A stretch of 64,000 nucleotides of DNA from an uncultured Gammaproteobacteria bacterium (GTDB lineage: Bacteria; Pseudomonadota; Gammaproteobacteria; JAAEPA01), in NCBI GenBank assembly GCA_963731655.1, contig CAVSWL010000005.1, positions 282,926 to 346,925 of the forward strand, read 5' to 3'. Of the stretch, positions 10,375 to 19,830 are shown one piece after another. The first letter of the stretch is position 1, and each line of letters opens with the position of its first letter. Made by a program: the position numbers and the translations under genes. A model generated the notes under the pieces. The model worked only from the letters and a program-made list of their open reading frames with translations. It ran no database searches and had not been told where the DNA came from.

Positions 10375-11325
10375 TTGTTAATTATGAAAATTTTTAAAAC
10401 TTACTGGCAAATCATCGAAGATACTTTCACAAAGTTCTCAAACGACGCCTTGTTGACTCGATCGGCGGCACTGTCCTACTACACTATTTTTTCACTGCCA
10501 CCCATGCTGCTTATCATCCTGCAGATTGCTACCCAGTTTTACGGTGAAGAAAGGATTAAGAAGGCCTTGTTCGGGGAAATTGGCGATCTCGTGGGTCGGG
10601 AAGGCGCTATGCAACTACTTGAGACGATCAACAAACTGGATATTTTCGAACCAGCATTGTGGGCTACTATCGTTGGCATCGGGGCGATGATTTTCACCTC
10701 GACTACGGTTTTTATCACCATGCAGGATTCCTTGAACACAATATTCGAGGTGAAATCAGCTATGAAAACCAAAGGCTTTGGCCTCCTGAAAATGTTGCGG
10801 GACAGGGTGGTGTCCTTTGCGCTTTTGGTCAGTATGGCCTTTATCCTGTTGGTGTCATTAACGATAGACACCATTATTTCGAGCTTGGGCAACTACATAG
10901 AACAACAAATTGGAGACATCTCCTGGATCATGATTATCTTAACTTCCATCATTGTCCCACTTGCCATCGTAACGCTGTTGTTTGCCCTGATTTTCAAATT
11001 TCTCCCAGATGCCAAGCTAGCCTGGAAAGACATCTGGTTTGGAGCGCTGGTCACTGCGCTTTTGTTTTCGCTAGACAAATACCTGATTGGTTTTTATATC
11101 GGCAAAAGCGAAAATGCCAACCTCTATGATGCGGCGGGGAGTATCCTGGTCATCATGATCTGGGCCTATTATGCTTCGGCCATTTTCCTTTTTGGAGGCA
11201 CGTTTACCTATGTTCGAGCAAAAAACCTGAATGGAGATGTACATCCTGAAGACTATGCTATGAGGGTCAAAAACGTAGAAGTGAAAATAGAAAAAGGAAT
11301 GGATGTAGAAGTTACTACTGGCTAA
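10375..11325 (+). CDS. YihY/BrkB (virulence factor BrkB) family inner-membrane protein
   Basis: 316 aa, six predicted TM segments and the family-typical layout. AT-rich codon usage unlike the flanking DNA. Confidence 0.8.
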   Translation: MLIMKIFKTYWQIIEDTFTKFSNDALLTRSAALSYYTIFSLPPMLLIILQIATQFYGEERIKKALFGEIGDLVGREGAMQLLETINKLDIFEPALWATIVGIGAMIFTSTTVFITMQDSLNTIFEVKSAMKTKGFGLLKMLRDRVVSFALLVSMAFILLVSLTIDTIISSLGNYIEQQIGDISWIMIILTSIIVPLAIVTLLFALIFKFLPDAKLAWKDIWFGALVTALLFSLDKYLIGFYIGKSENANLYDAAGSILVIMIWAYYASAIFLFGGTFTYVRAKNLNGDVHPEDYAMRVKNVEVKIEKGMDVEVTTG

Positions 11326-11829
11326 ATTTATAGAGAAACGTCATTAAATGTCATTGGTCAATGAAGTCATTGGGGTATCAGTCTTCAATGCGATTTTTAT
11401 AAAATTTATCGTTACGCACTGACCTGAAATTGAAATTGATATTTCCATATTAATTGTCGATTGATTTATTCAAGAACCATGATCGCTAGGCAATTGAATA
11501 AGAGGAGACAAATCTAATCTGGTATGCTTACTGTATTGTTAAACAATCGATTACACCTTGTTTCCTCCTGTCATGTATGTCTTGGCAGTGTTATTGCTCT
11601 CTCTTAGACAACCAATCTTCAATTGATCTATATTCTACTTACTCCATACGAGACCAAAAAGACTTGAAAAGATAAAACGCATTCTCACTATAGAAAATTA
11701 GCCAAGTCTCGTGCCAATGATTCTACTGCGCAGAATTTGCATTAATTGAGCCCAATAACATTGGGTAATGGACTAAAATTTGCTGCGTTCATATTGATTG
11801 TTAAAGCCATAGACTATTAGGATCCAATC

Positions 11830-12018
11830 ATGACTCAACTTAAAATACAGACTGTAACTTTAATGCTCTTAGGCCTAATAACTTTAAATGGTTGCGGGTT
11901 TATGGCTGGTGCGGCCGTTGGAGGAACAGCTGCGTATGAAGCTAAAGATAAAGGTTATGAAGTCCAATCACCGATTAAAAAAGAGGAAGCGGATGACAAC
12001 AAGAGTGATACACACTAA
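11830..12018 (+). CDS. small lipoprotein (62 aa)
   Basis: Signal peptide with a lipobox-like LITLNGC, then a Gly/Ala-rich mature region. Confidence 0.45.
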   Translation: MTQLKIQTVTLMLLGLITLNGCGFMAGAAVGGTAAYEAKDKGYEVQSPIKKEEADDNKSDTH

Positions 12019-12273
12019 CTGTCAAATAGCCTTAAAGAGCAACATTGAGGTTGTTTTCAGTTGGACTTAATTGGATTTCCATCGATAACAAGATTTGGTT
12101 AAGCTTTTTGATAAGTTATGACTTATTCCACTCTAAGAATACAACATAGAATCCATAGTAACACAAGCGCTTAGAGTATTTAATCGCTATGGGTCTAATT
12201 CCCCGCATCTTGCTGCGTGTCAAACGATGCGTTGCAAGGGAAATCTATGATTTTCGAGCAACTCATCTCAATA

Positions 12274-12306
12274 CCCCGCTGCAAGCAGCGGGGTAGTTTA
12301 TTCATC
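12274..12306 (+). terminator. Rho-independent terminator-like hairpin
   Basis: Perfect 9-bp stem CCCCGCTGC aa GCAGCGGGG followed by TAGTTTATTCATC. Confidence 0.4.
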
Positions 12307-12673
12307 TAGGAAGAAAGTAAGTCACATACATTGAAGCTAAATGAAAGAATAAGTTGATCTCACCCTGCTTTCACTACTTCATTTACAAAACGTAACTTTT
12401 CTACTACTTGAGAAGATAAAACAAATGGGTAGGTATCTCCTTGTCACATACTGCGATTGAGCTCATTAAACATCACGGATAAGCGCATCCATTCGGTTAC
12501 CTCATCGTCGAATTATCTGGTTTCTTACTCTGTTTTGATTTATCTAAAATCCAAAGCGCACCGCAATCTCGAACCGTTTCTAAAGTATCGTTCATATGAA
12601 GATAGTGCGCCCAGATTTCTGCCCAGTCTTCCCAAGGATGAGAACTAGCATAAGACGATATAAAACGTTCATT

Positions 12674-12909
12674 CTAGTTTGCAACAGGATCTTCGGTGTA
12701 GTACCGCTCCAGTGCATAGGCATAGTCACCACGTTTGTCCCCGAAATGCAAACGAAAAACGGAAAACGGAAAGTTTTTTTTCTATCGCGTATGAGTCGAT
12801 CCCAATAATAATGGCCTGATTCGTGACGCATGTGTCCAAGCAAAGTGCGATATTGTTCGTTCATACGTTCCCGCGTGCGCACGCGTTTTACGGGGTCCGC
12901 TTCAATCAC
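12674..12909 (-). pseudogene. small HExxH (zinc-metallopeptidase-like) protein, frameshifted at an A8/T8 tract
   Basis: Frame A: VIEADPVKRVRTRERMNEQYRTLLGHMRHESGHYYWDRLIRDRKK.... After the A8 run (plus-strand T8 at 12774-12781) the protein-like sequence continues in another frame: ...NFPFSVFRLHFGDKRGDYAYALERYYTEDPVAN*. A single-A insertion would restore one ~77-aa ORF. Confidence 0.4.
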
Positions 12910-13301
12910 ATTAAAAATACTGAACTCTAACTCGCAAGTACTTCTATACTATTGTAAATTTTATAAGTAATTGCAAATACTACAAACACAAGACTAACTT
13001 GCTTATTCGCTATACCTTTAGGTATGCGTAAAAATAGATGTTGCTCTATGAATCAGTTGCTGTTATCACGGTTTAATGTATTTATATTAACTAAGTGTTC
13101 TCAGATAGGATTGAGTCAATCGATAAGTTAAGAGTACTGTTTTAGTTGTTATAGCAAAGCTGGTTGATACACTACTACTCAACTTATCCAATACTGTCAA
13201 TTACATTATTTATACTTCATATGGCATCGTTTAGAACAAATTTACGCATCACAAAAATCGAATGTTTTCAGATCATTGCGATGCGCAATGTCGGAATTGT
13301 T

Positions 13302-13466
13302 CTATATGATTGGTCGTCGCCCAGTCACAAAGAATACGATTGCCAAAATTAAACCCACGATAAATAGGATCCAAGCAATATTAGTAGCCGTACCCGCGAT
13401 TCCAGATAAACCAAATACCGCTGCAATGATAGCAATGATTAAAAATATAACAGCCCAATTAAACAT
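13302..13466 (-). CDS. UPF0391/DUF1328 family small membrane protein
   Basis: [54 protein letters not shown] with a strong AAGGAGAGG SD 7 nt upstream; the track ORF starts 7 codons earlier. Confidence 0.75.
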   Translation of the reverse strand: MFNWAVIFLIIAIIAAVFGLSGIAGTATNIAWILFIVGLILAIVFFVTGRRPII

Positions 13467-13761
13467 AACACCTCTCCTTCGAATCACTTTGTCTAATAAT
13501 CATATGTACAAATGCACTTCGTATTCAATCGTAGCAGTGATTAATCATCGAAATCTACTTGATTGAATCATCGTTTATATTCAATCGTCGTGCCATTGTT
13601 TAAATAAGCCGGCTTATAATGCACTCAATATATCAAGGCAATAGTAAATAATACAGATAGGAAAACAAATATATCTTTTGATGATTTAGACTCTCACATA
13701 ATTATTTCTAATGAATATAAATTATTTTTTGCTCATGCTTAAATACTCTTTATTGTTTGTG

Positions 13762-14330
13762 TTAAAGTTTAAAGCAAATAACGTTGTAGATAGAAAGCAA
13801 ATAAAAAATAAAATAATGTGTCTTGAGTCCAACGCTACCACCTCTCGAAGGCTTCAAGGTTCTCGGGCTTGACCTGAATGCCGTCGCCGTGGGCCTGTAT
13901 GCACGGCGTGCTACTTTCCGGTCGACGAACCAATTCCACCGACCGGGTGTCAGCACCGGCGGAAAATCCCTATAGCGGTGGCTGGCGAAGTGGGGACGGC
14001 GGGCTAGAAATTCCAGCAGAATGGTCGTGCCCGAGCAGGCCAGACCAGCGATGTCGATAGGCTTGACGATAGGTATACTCGCGTCCATGCGCACCGGATT
14101 CACGTATTTCCACCCCATTTTCTTGTCCGGTATGACTTCCAGAATACGACCACCATCCGATTCGGTGATCAGCGTGTTGCCGGTTGGGCTGGCGTTGCCG
14201 CGCAGTTCGGGCCACGCCTGGCCGCGAAGCGACTTCGATTTCCCCGGTTATGTAGGCACTACGGAACGGAGAGTCGATACCACCGCGCTCATTCCCGACT
14301 TCTTCTCACACTACCCTCGCGTAAACGACT
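13762..14330 (-). pseudogene. arylsulfotransferase-like beta-propeller protein remnant (frameshifted, degraded)
   Basis: Two frames give ...EEVGNERGGIDSPFRSAYITGEIEV and ...GNASPTGNTLITESDGGRILEVIPDKKMGWKYVNPV.... The NGNTLI...DGGRI.EV motif suggests an ASST/PQQ-like propeller repeat. Stops and low-complexity tail. Confidence 0.3.
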
Positions 14331-14568
14331 GAAGCCTTCGACGTTGAAAGGGGCGAACTGACAGGTTAGCCGCGAATCCACTTCTTTGGTTCTCAAGGCG
14401 AGAATCTCGATCGTCGAGCTCGTGAACGGTGGTAGACTGCCCGTCCGCTGGAGGTAGTACCCAAGCAGATTTATGGAGGAACAATCACCATGTGGTAGAC
14501 CTTTAGGCTGAGAGTGACGAATTTGCGCGAGTCATGTCCTCGCATCCATAGATATCTGTCCGGCGGTG

Positions 14569-15153
14569 TTATTTACTCAGGTTTTGCGTTACGAAATTCC
14601 AATTAACGAGGTTCCAGAATGCCTCGATATACTTTGGCCGCACGTTGCGGTAATCGATGTAATAGGCGTGTTCCCAAACGTCGCATGTTAACAATGGTTG
14701 TTTCCCCTCGGTCATTGGGTTGTCCGCGTTGCTAGTGTTTACGATCTCTAGCGCCCCGGCGGAATCCTTTACCAGCCAAGTCCAACCGGAACCGAAGTTG
14801 GTGGCGGCCGACTTGGAGAAGTGGTCTTTAAATTCCGCGAAATTGCCAAACGAGGTTTCAATAGCCTGCGCCAGCTCTCCCGAGGGTTCGCCGCCACCTT
14901 CAGGCTCCATGCAGTACCAATAGAACGTGTGATTCCAGACTTGTGCGCCATTGTTAAAAATTCCGCCGGAGGCATTCCGGATGATTTCTTCGAGTGATGC
15001 CGTCTCGAATTCAGTGTTCGGGATCAGCTCATTCAATTTGTTTACGTAGGTGGCATGATGTTTTCCGTGGTGATAATCGAGTGTTTCGGCCGAGATATGG
15101 GGTTCAAGAGCGTTGTTGGGATAGGGAAGTTCGGGGAGTGTATGTTGTGTCAT
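14569..15153 (-). CDS. sodB: iron superoxide dismutase
   Basis: 194 aa from MTQHTLPELPY... with GAGGAGG SD. Fe-SOD signatures AQVWNHTFYW and DVWEHAYYIDY. Confidence 0.9.
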   Translation of the reverse strand: MTQHTLPELPYPNNALEPHISAETLDYHHGKHHATYVNKLNELIPNTEFETASLEEIIRNASGGIFNNGAQVWNHTFYWYCMEPEGGGEPSGELAQAIETSFGNFAEFKDHFSKSAATNFGSGWTWLVKDSAGALEIVNTSNADNPMTEGKQPLLTCDVWEHAYYIDYRNVRPKYIEAFWNLVNWNFVTQNLSK

Positions 15154-15385
15154 GGTGACCTCCTCAGGGGGGCATAGTGACAACCTTTGTTTGTCATGAA
15201 ACCGAAAACCGGGGTGCCGTGGGCGAACCTCACGGTATTAACATGCCTGTTGGAATGCTGATCGTTTTTTCATCCGCTTGGATACTCGGCTCATTTCGGC
15301 CGTTACTATGGAAGCAGCCAGCATTTCCTTGCCTAGCAACATGTGCTCAGCTTTCGCTATTTTTTTACAAGGTGTGGAGTGCTTT

Positions 15386-15403
15386 CATTGAAAAATTTCA
15401 ATG
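15386..15403. promoter_or_regulatory. palindrome CATTGAAAAATTTCAATG (family A site, near-perfect)
   Basis: 233 bp upstream of the sodB start. Confidence 0.5.
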
Positions 15404-15962
15404 AGACTCAGACACGCTTCCACCAACATTAAAAAAAGATTTTGCGAGGATTCGGAGCTCAGGGGGTAGTTGCCTGATTGGGCATGGCTTTGAGGCACGG
15501 CGAGTGCAAATGAAAGAGTGATTAATAGTGCTAACGTCAGGAAGCCGATCTCCAGGAGCCTGCCGGAACCGGAGGACGACGGCGATGCCGTGGCTCGGAT
15601 GTAGTTTTTCATGGCTTGCTTCTCTTTTTTGCGGTGTAAACACACAGATCAAGTTGGGTGCCACGGGCCTTAGCCACTGAAATAGATAACGGAGCGAATC
15701 CCATTATTATCGACAGCAGGTTGTTGCGTCTCGGCGACAGAGAATCAGAGTGTATCTACCAGAATCGGGATCTCGACCGGTCCCCACGTCCCTGGCGCCA
15801 CCTGGTAGAACATCTGCACTGCTGGCTGCTTTTGTCGTGAGAAAGAAGGCATTGAGTGATACTGTAGTCGAACCTCCACTCGGTTGGCGAGGTGGCTAAT
15901 CAGGGGGGGTAATATGGTGAGAATTTCCACTGGAAACCGATCGGGACAAGTGTACTTTGCTT

Positions 15963-16586
15963 TTATCCATAGTTTTCTCCGCCGGGGAGAGGTGTCAAGC
16001 CGAGAATACGCGAAAGTGCTAGCGGATAAGACTGGTTTTCAAAATCCTGGATCCGCAATGCTGTGCGCAGTTCCAGCACCGCCCTCGGATCCTCCGATTC
16101 GAGGGCGATGGATTCAATGGCTGCGCCGTTGATCAGCATGTGGTCGAGTTCGGCACGGCAGCCGGCCAACCTAAAGCGATAGCGGCGTTTGCGGACATTG
16201 GCGTGGTAGAGGGTGGACGTCGGGCGCGCAACAAAGCCTAGCAAATCGCTGCGCGACAGCCTGTCCGGTAGCTCCGCCACCAGCTGTTTTGTACTAGCGT
16301 TTGGCCAGAGTGCTTCATAGAAGATGCTGCGTGCAACCGGAAATGTCCATCGGCCGGCGGGCCGCCAACGTTCCAGGCCCTGATGCCGTTCCACGATACG
16401 CTTGAGTTCTAATTGATCGTGGCGAATCTTAACGTTGTGATCGCGGATGTTGGCCTGGTTGAGCAGATAGATCTCTTTGCTTTCATTAATCTCTTCGCAG
16501 GACGCCATGGCGCGTATGCGTTCTTCGGCCAATCTGAGGCTGTGCGAAAAGATCCGAAATTCGAATCGTGGCTTAATGTCAGTCAT
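15963..16586 (-). CDS. hypothetical protein, possibly a CYTH-like (triphosphate tunnel) domain
   Basis: PRFEFRIFSH...NVKIRHDQLELKRIV...RRYRFRLAGCRAELDHMLINGAAIESIALESED resembles the alternating E/K/R beta-strand pattern of CYTH domains. Start taken at the internal MTDIKP. Confidence 0.45.
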   Translation of the reverse strand: MTDIKPRFEFRIFSHSLRLAEERIRAMASCEEINESKEIYLLNQANIRDHNVKIRHDQLELKRIVERHQGLERWRPAGRWTFPVARSIFYEALWPNASTKQLVAELPDRLSRSDLLGFVARPTSTLYHANVRKRRYRFRLAGCRAELDHMLINGAAIESIALESEDPRAVLELRTALRIQDFENQSYPLALSRILGLTPLPGGENYG

Positions 16587-17030
16587 TAGGAGTACAGCAG
16601 AAGACATGCTTCGGTTCTATCTGCGTGCTGGCTAACAGCGCCATGGCGGAGCAGTGACGAAAGTCGTCTCCAGCGGGCATAAAAACGGAGCACCGTTTAG
16701 CGGGTTGGCGCTGGGAATGCGTCAATCCTCGGCGACCACCTGAGCCATGCTGTGGATGTGCCCATAAAACGGGTAACAAACGACCAACGTTTTTTCATTC
16801 CCGACCCCGATAAGTGTTCGGAAAGTCAACGCCGCTGTTGCAGTTTGGCCCGGGGGCAGCGCTGCGACGATTATGTTCGCGTAACGTCCGTTGGACATTA
16901 CGATTTCGCAATGCGGTCAGTATTACCGTGGAATACGTGAAGACTCAGCACTGGGTTCGTTTGCCAGTTGTTCTAGCACTTTGGCACCTGTCGGGGAAGG
17001 CACGAGACCACCCGCAACGGGTGTCGGCAG

Positions 17031-17405
17031 CTAGTTAGAATTCGATCCGGTGCGCAGCCAGTCCAGAGCCAAGTCACGGTCGTGGTACTCGAAGTGACGC
17101 ACCTTGGCGGCCATGAAATGGTCCGCGACTGCCGGCAGAATAGCGAGAAAGCTGTTGTCGGTCACGGCCGCAACCCGTTCGATTTTCAACTGGTAGTCGC
17201 GTACGAATCGGATATGCGATAGCATGCCGGAAAAATCCTCCCAGCCGAAGAATGACTCGGCATCGATCAACATTCCCTTCAGATTGCCATGTTCCTCAAT
17301 GTAAGTATCGGCCAGCAGGCGAATTCTCTCGAAGTCCACTTCCTGCAGCTTATCCACCGGAGCGACAATTAAGATGCCCTCGGGTAGCAGTTTTGCATCA
17401 ATCAT
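17031..17405 (-). CDS. SpoIIAA-like / STAS-type protein (paralog of 3645-4031)
   Basis: 124 aa, homologous to the 3645-4031 product. Confidence 0.7.
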   Translation of the reverse strand: MIDAKLLPEGILIVAPVDKLQEVDFERIRLLADTYIEEHGNLKGMLIDAESFFGWEDFSGMLSHIRFVRDYQLKIERVAAVTDNSFLAILPAVADHFMAAKVRHFEYHDRDLALDWLRTGSNSN

Positions 17406-17513
17406 ATAGCCTCACCGGTTGGAGTTATTACCTTAGAAAGCGCTGGAGTAGGACGCTTTCCACATCTGATATCGAAAATCGATTGCACGTTACGCCCTGA
17501 GAAAAGTGATTCG

Positions 17514-17531
17514 CATTGAAATTTCGCAATG
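17514..17531. promoter_or_regulatory. palindrome CATTGAAATTTCGCAATG (family A site)
   Basis: 109 bp upstream of the STAS paralog start. Confidence 0.45.
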
Positions 17532-17715
17532 AACGAGATCATGGCTTGATAAATTGCGAACGCGGATGAGTCCAGAGATACAGCGCGTAGTGCGATTACT
17601 TGAAGAGTCCTTCGAAAGCCGCCCTTCCTCTAACCGGCTACCACTATTCTTTTGCCGGCAAGTTCTCCCTCACGAGGATTTCGGATGGCGAAGCCGCGGT
17701 GAAGAGCGAAGTATC

Positions 17716-17733
17716 TATTGATCAATTTCAATG
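17716..17733. promoter_or_regulatory. palindrome TATTGATCAATTTCAATG (family A site)
   Basis: Divergent position between the STAS paralog and the ORF starting at 17817. Confidence 0.4.
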
Positions 17734-17816
17734 ATTGGCCGAGCAAAAGGCGGTTAGCTCCATGATCGGATGGCAACTGAGCAACCAATCAGTTGTAGAC
17801 GAAGAGGAAATGACGC

Positions 17817-18155
17817 GTGTCGAACATCATCCATTATCCGGTCAATGTCATCGGTAGAGAGGACCGGAAGAGTTTGGAAAACTTTGGTTGGCACGCTATC
17901 GTTCGTGGTCGCGTTACGCGCTGGCAATGGTGCCGAAACACCAATCACGATAGAGTGTTCGAAATCTACGGAAGTAGAAGGATAGAGGTGATGGTTGCTT
18001 GCGTCAGCCGTGGCCGTGAGCGTAATGAGTATTATGCGACCAACGTTCGGGGTGACCCGATAGTTTGGGGCACGCTTGATCACGTGCTCTCTGTGCTGGA
18101 AATGTACCTGTTGCGTTGGCAGGCGAAAGATCCCAATCCAGGATCCAGGCAGTGA
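17817..18155 (+). CDS. hypothetical protein (112 aa)
   Basis: GTG start with AGAGGAAA SD 9 nt upstream. Balanced composition; the overlapping minus-strand ORF looks less protein-like. Confidence 0.3.
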   Translation: MSNIIHYPVNVIGREDRKSLENFGWHAIVRGRVTRWQWCRNTNHDRVFEIYGSRRIEVMVACVSRGRERNEYYATNVRGDPIVWGTLDHVLSVLEMYLLRWQAKDPNPGSRQ

Positions 18156-18553
18156 TGGCATTAGTTAAGCGAAGCATCGGTTACAAAGGATGGCTCTACC
18201 CTTTTTGGGATAAGGCAAAAGCCTTGAGCTTAGGCAATGTCGCCGGAGAATCCGCAGCGGCTATTACGTTGTCATGAATACGCTGATGGGTTGATCGTCT
18301 TGTCCCAGGTCCAGCGCTGATCGATACGCTCAAGAGTCCCGTTACGACCGGGGCCTTTCCACCAGGTCCACGCTTGACAGGCCCACAATTGTTCCCGACC
18401 TCCCGCATTGACATGTGCTCGAAATTCATTGGGCTGTTCGCCGTCTGATCGGTTACTCCTTGACCTCGTGGGGTTACCACGGCACGGATCTTGGAAGATC
18501 ACAGTATGTTACAGTGATAACTCTCGGGAAGCACGCCATTAAAAGAAACCCGC

Positions 18554-18571
18554 CATTAAAAAATATCAATG
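18554..18571. promoter_or_regulatory. palindrome CATTAAAAAATATCAATG (family A site)
   Basis: 79 bp upstream of the likely start of the RND adaptor gene. Confidence 0.45.
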
Positions 18572-18649
18572 CGCCGGATTTGCAAAGCGGGTAAGAATAA
18601 TATTAAAGATTATTTCGGGTGGCGCGTTCCGGGCGGTGACGTAAGTCTT

Positions 18650-19774
18650 ATGGTCAAGCGATTCGCTATCACAATTCTCGGGTTGTTTTTCCTGATCGGC
18701 CTGCCGGCTGCCATCAAGATGAGGCAATTCAGCATCATGGGTTCCACCCCTACGAATACGCCACCCGAAACGGTTACTACCGAGGCGGTCCACAGCGAAT
18801 TCTGGCCACATACAGTTAAGGCGGTTGGGTCGCTCGTCGCGGTGCAGGGTGTCACGCTGGGCGCCGAGTTAAGTGGCAAGGTCGTTAAAATCAACTTCGA
18901 GTCGGGAGACCGTGTCAAAGCTGGTGATGTGCTCGTTCAGTTCGATACCGCTATGGAAAAGGCACAGTTGCGCTCGGCCGAAGCGGCTGTCGAGCTGGCA
19001 CGGCTCAATCTCGCTCGCACGCAGGATCTGCTCTCCACGCGGATGACTTCGAGGTCCGAGTTCGATACCGCCGAGGCCCAGTTCAAGCAGGCGGTAGCCG
19101 AAGCTGACGATATTCGCGCGGTCATCGAGAAGAAAACATTACGCGCGCCTTTTGCGGGCCGATTGGGTCTGCGTCTGATCAATGTCGGCCAAATCCTCGA
19201 CGCAGGCGACCCTATAGTGACCCTGCAAACACTCGATCCGATCTACGCCGACTTCTCGGTGCCACAGAAGCGTTTGTCCACCCTTACACTGGGTGCCATC
19301 GTCCGCGTTACCACCGACGCGGCGCCAGGCCGGATTTTTCAAGGGAGAATCAATGCCGTGAATCCGGAGATCGACCCGGTCACACGGGCTGTTCGCGTAC
19401 AGGCGACCGTTTCCAATGTCGACGAAAAGCTGCGGTCGGGTATGTTCGCCGACGTTGAGGTGGTGCTCCATGACCGGCAAGAGATACTGGCCATTCCGGC
19501 GACGGCAATACTCTATGCACCCTATGGCGATACGGTTTTCGTCATCGAGAAAAAGAAAAACGAGCAGAGCGGTCAAGTACAAAAAGTCCTGCGTCAGCAA
19601 ATTGTACGGCTAGGCCGCACTCGCGGCGACTACGTGGCCGTCAATTCCGGCCTCAAGGCGGGCGAAGCGGTAGTGAGCAGCGGCGTGTTCAAGCTCAGAC
19701 CGCATATGACGGTGGTGGTCGATAATACGCTTGCCCCCGACGCACAGCTTGCACCGCATCCCGAGAACAAGTGA
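18650..19774 (+). CDS. RND efflux membrane fusion (periplasmic adaptor) protein, HlyD family
   Basis: N-terminal TM/signal region, coiled-coil hairpin and beta-barrel segments typical of AcrA/MexA. Start set at MVKRFAITILGLFF; stop overlaps the pump gene. Confidence 0.85.
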   Translation: MVKRFAITILGLFFLIGLPAAIKMRQFSIMGSTPTNTPPETVTTEAVHSEFWPHTVKAVGSLVAVQGVTLGAELSGKVVKINFESGDRVKAGDVLVQFDTAMEKAQLRSAEAAVELARLNLARTQDLLSTRMTSRSEFDTAEAQFKQAVAEADDIRAVIEKKTLRAPFAGRLGLRLINVGQILDAGDPIVTLQTLDPIYADFSVPQKRLSTLTLGAIVRVTTDAAPGRIFQGRINAVNPEIDPVTRAVRVQATVSNVDEKLRSGMFADVEVVLHDRQEILAIPATAILYAPYGDTVFVIEKKKNEQSGQVQKVLRQQIVRLGRTRGDYVAVNSGLKAGEAVVSSGVFKLRPHMTVVVDNTLAPDAQLAPHPENK

Positions 19775-19830
19775 TCGGTGGGCATCGGACTGGACATACA
19801 GCGTTTCGAGCCACCTCGGCGACTTTAGCC

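Noticed and set aside
11351-11362. CATTGGTCAATG and surrounding GTCATT repeats as extra family-A sites
   Set aside because: These lack the 6-bp spacer of the main motif and sit 450 bp from the nearest gene start, so they are kept out of the core site list
15385-15645. 86-aa minus-strand ORF between sodB and the CYTH-like gene (also 15398-15664 and 15177-15404)
   Set aside because: It overlaps the family-A palindrome and the probable sodB promoter region, and there is no RBS. More likely regulatory DNA than a gene
18196-18502. Two overlapping minus-strand ORFs upstream of the RND operon
   Set aside because: No recognisable family, Trp/Arg-rich odd composition, and no RBS. Possibly a decayed gene, but not supportable
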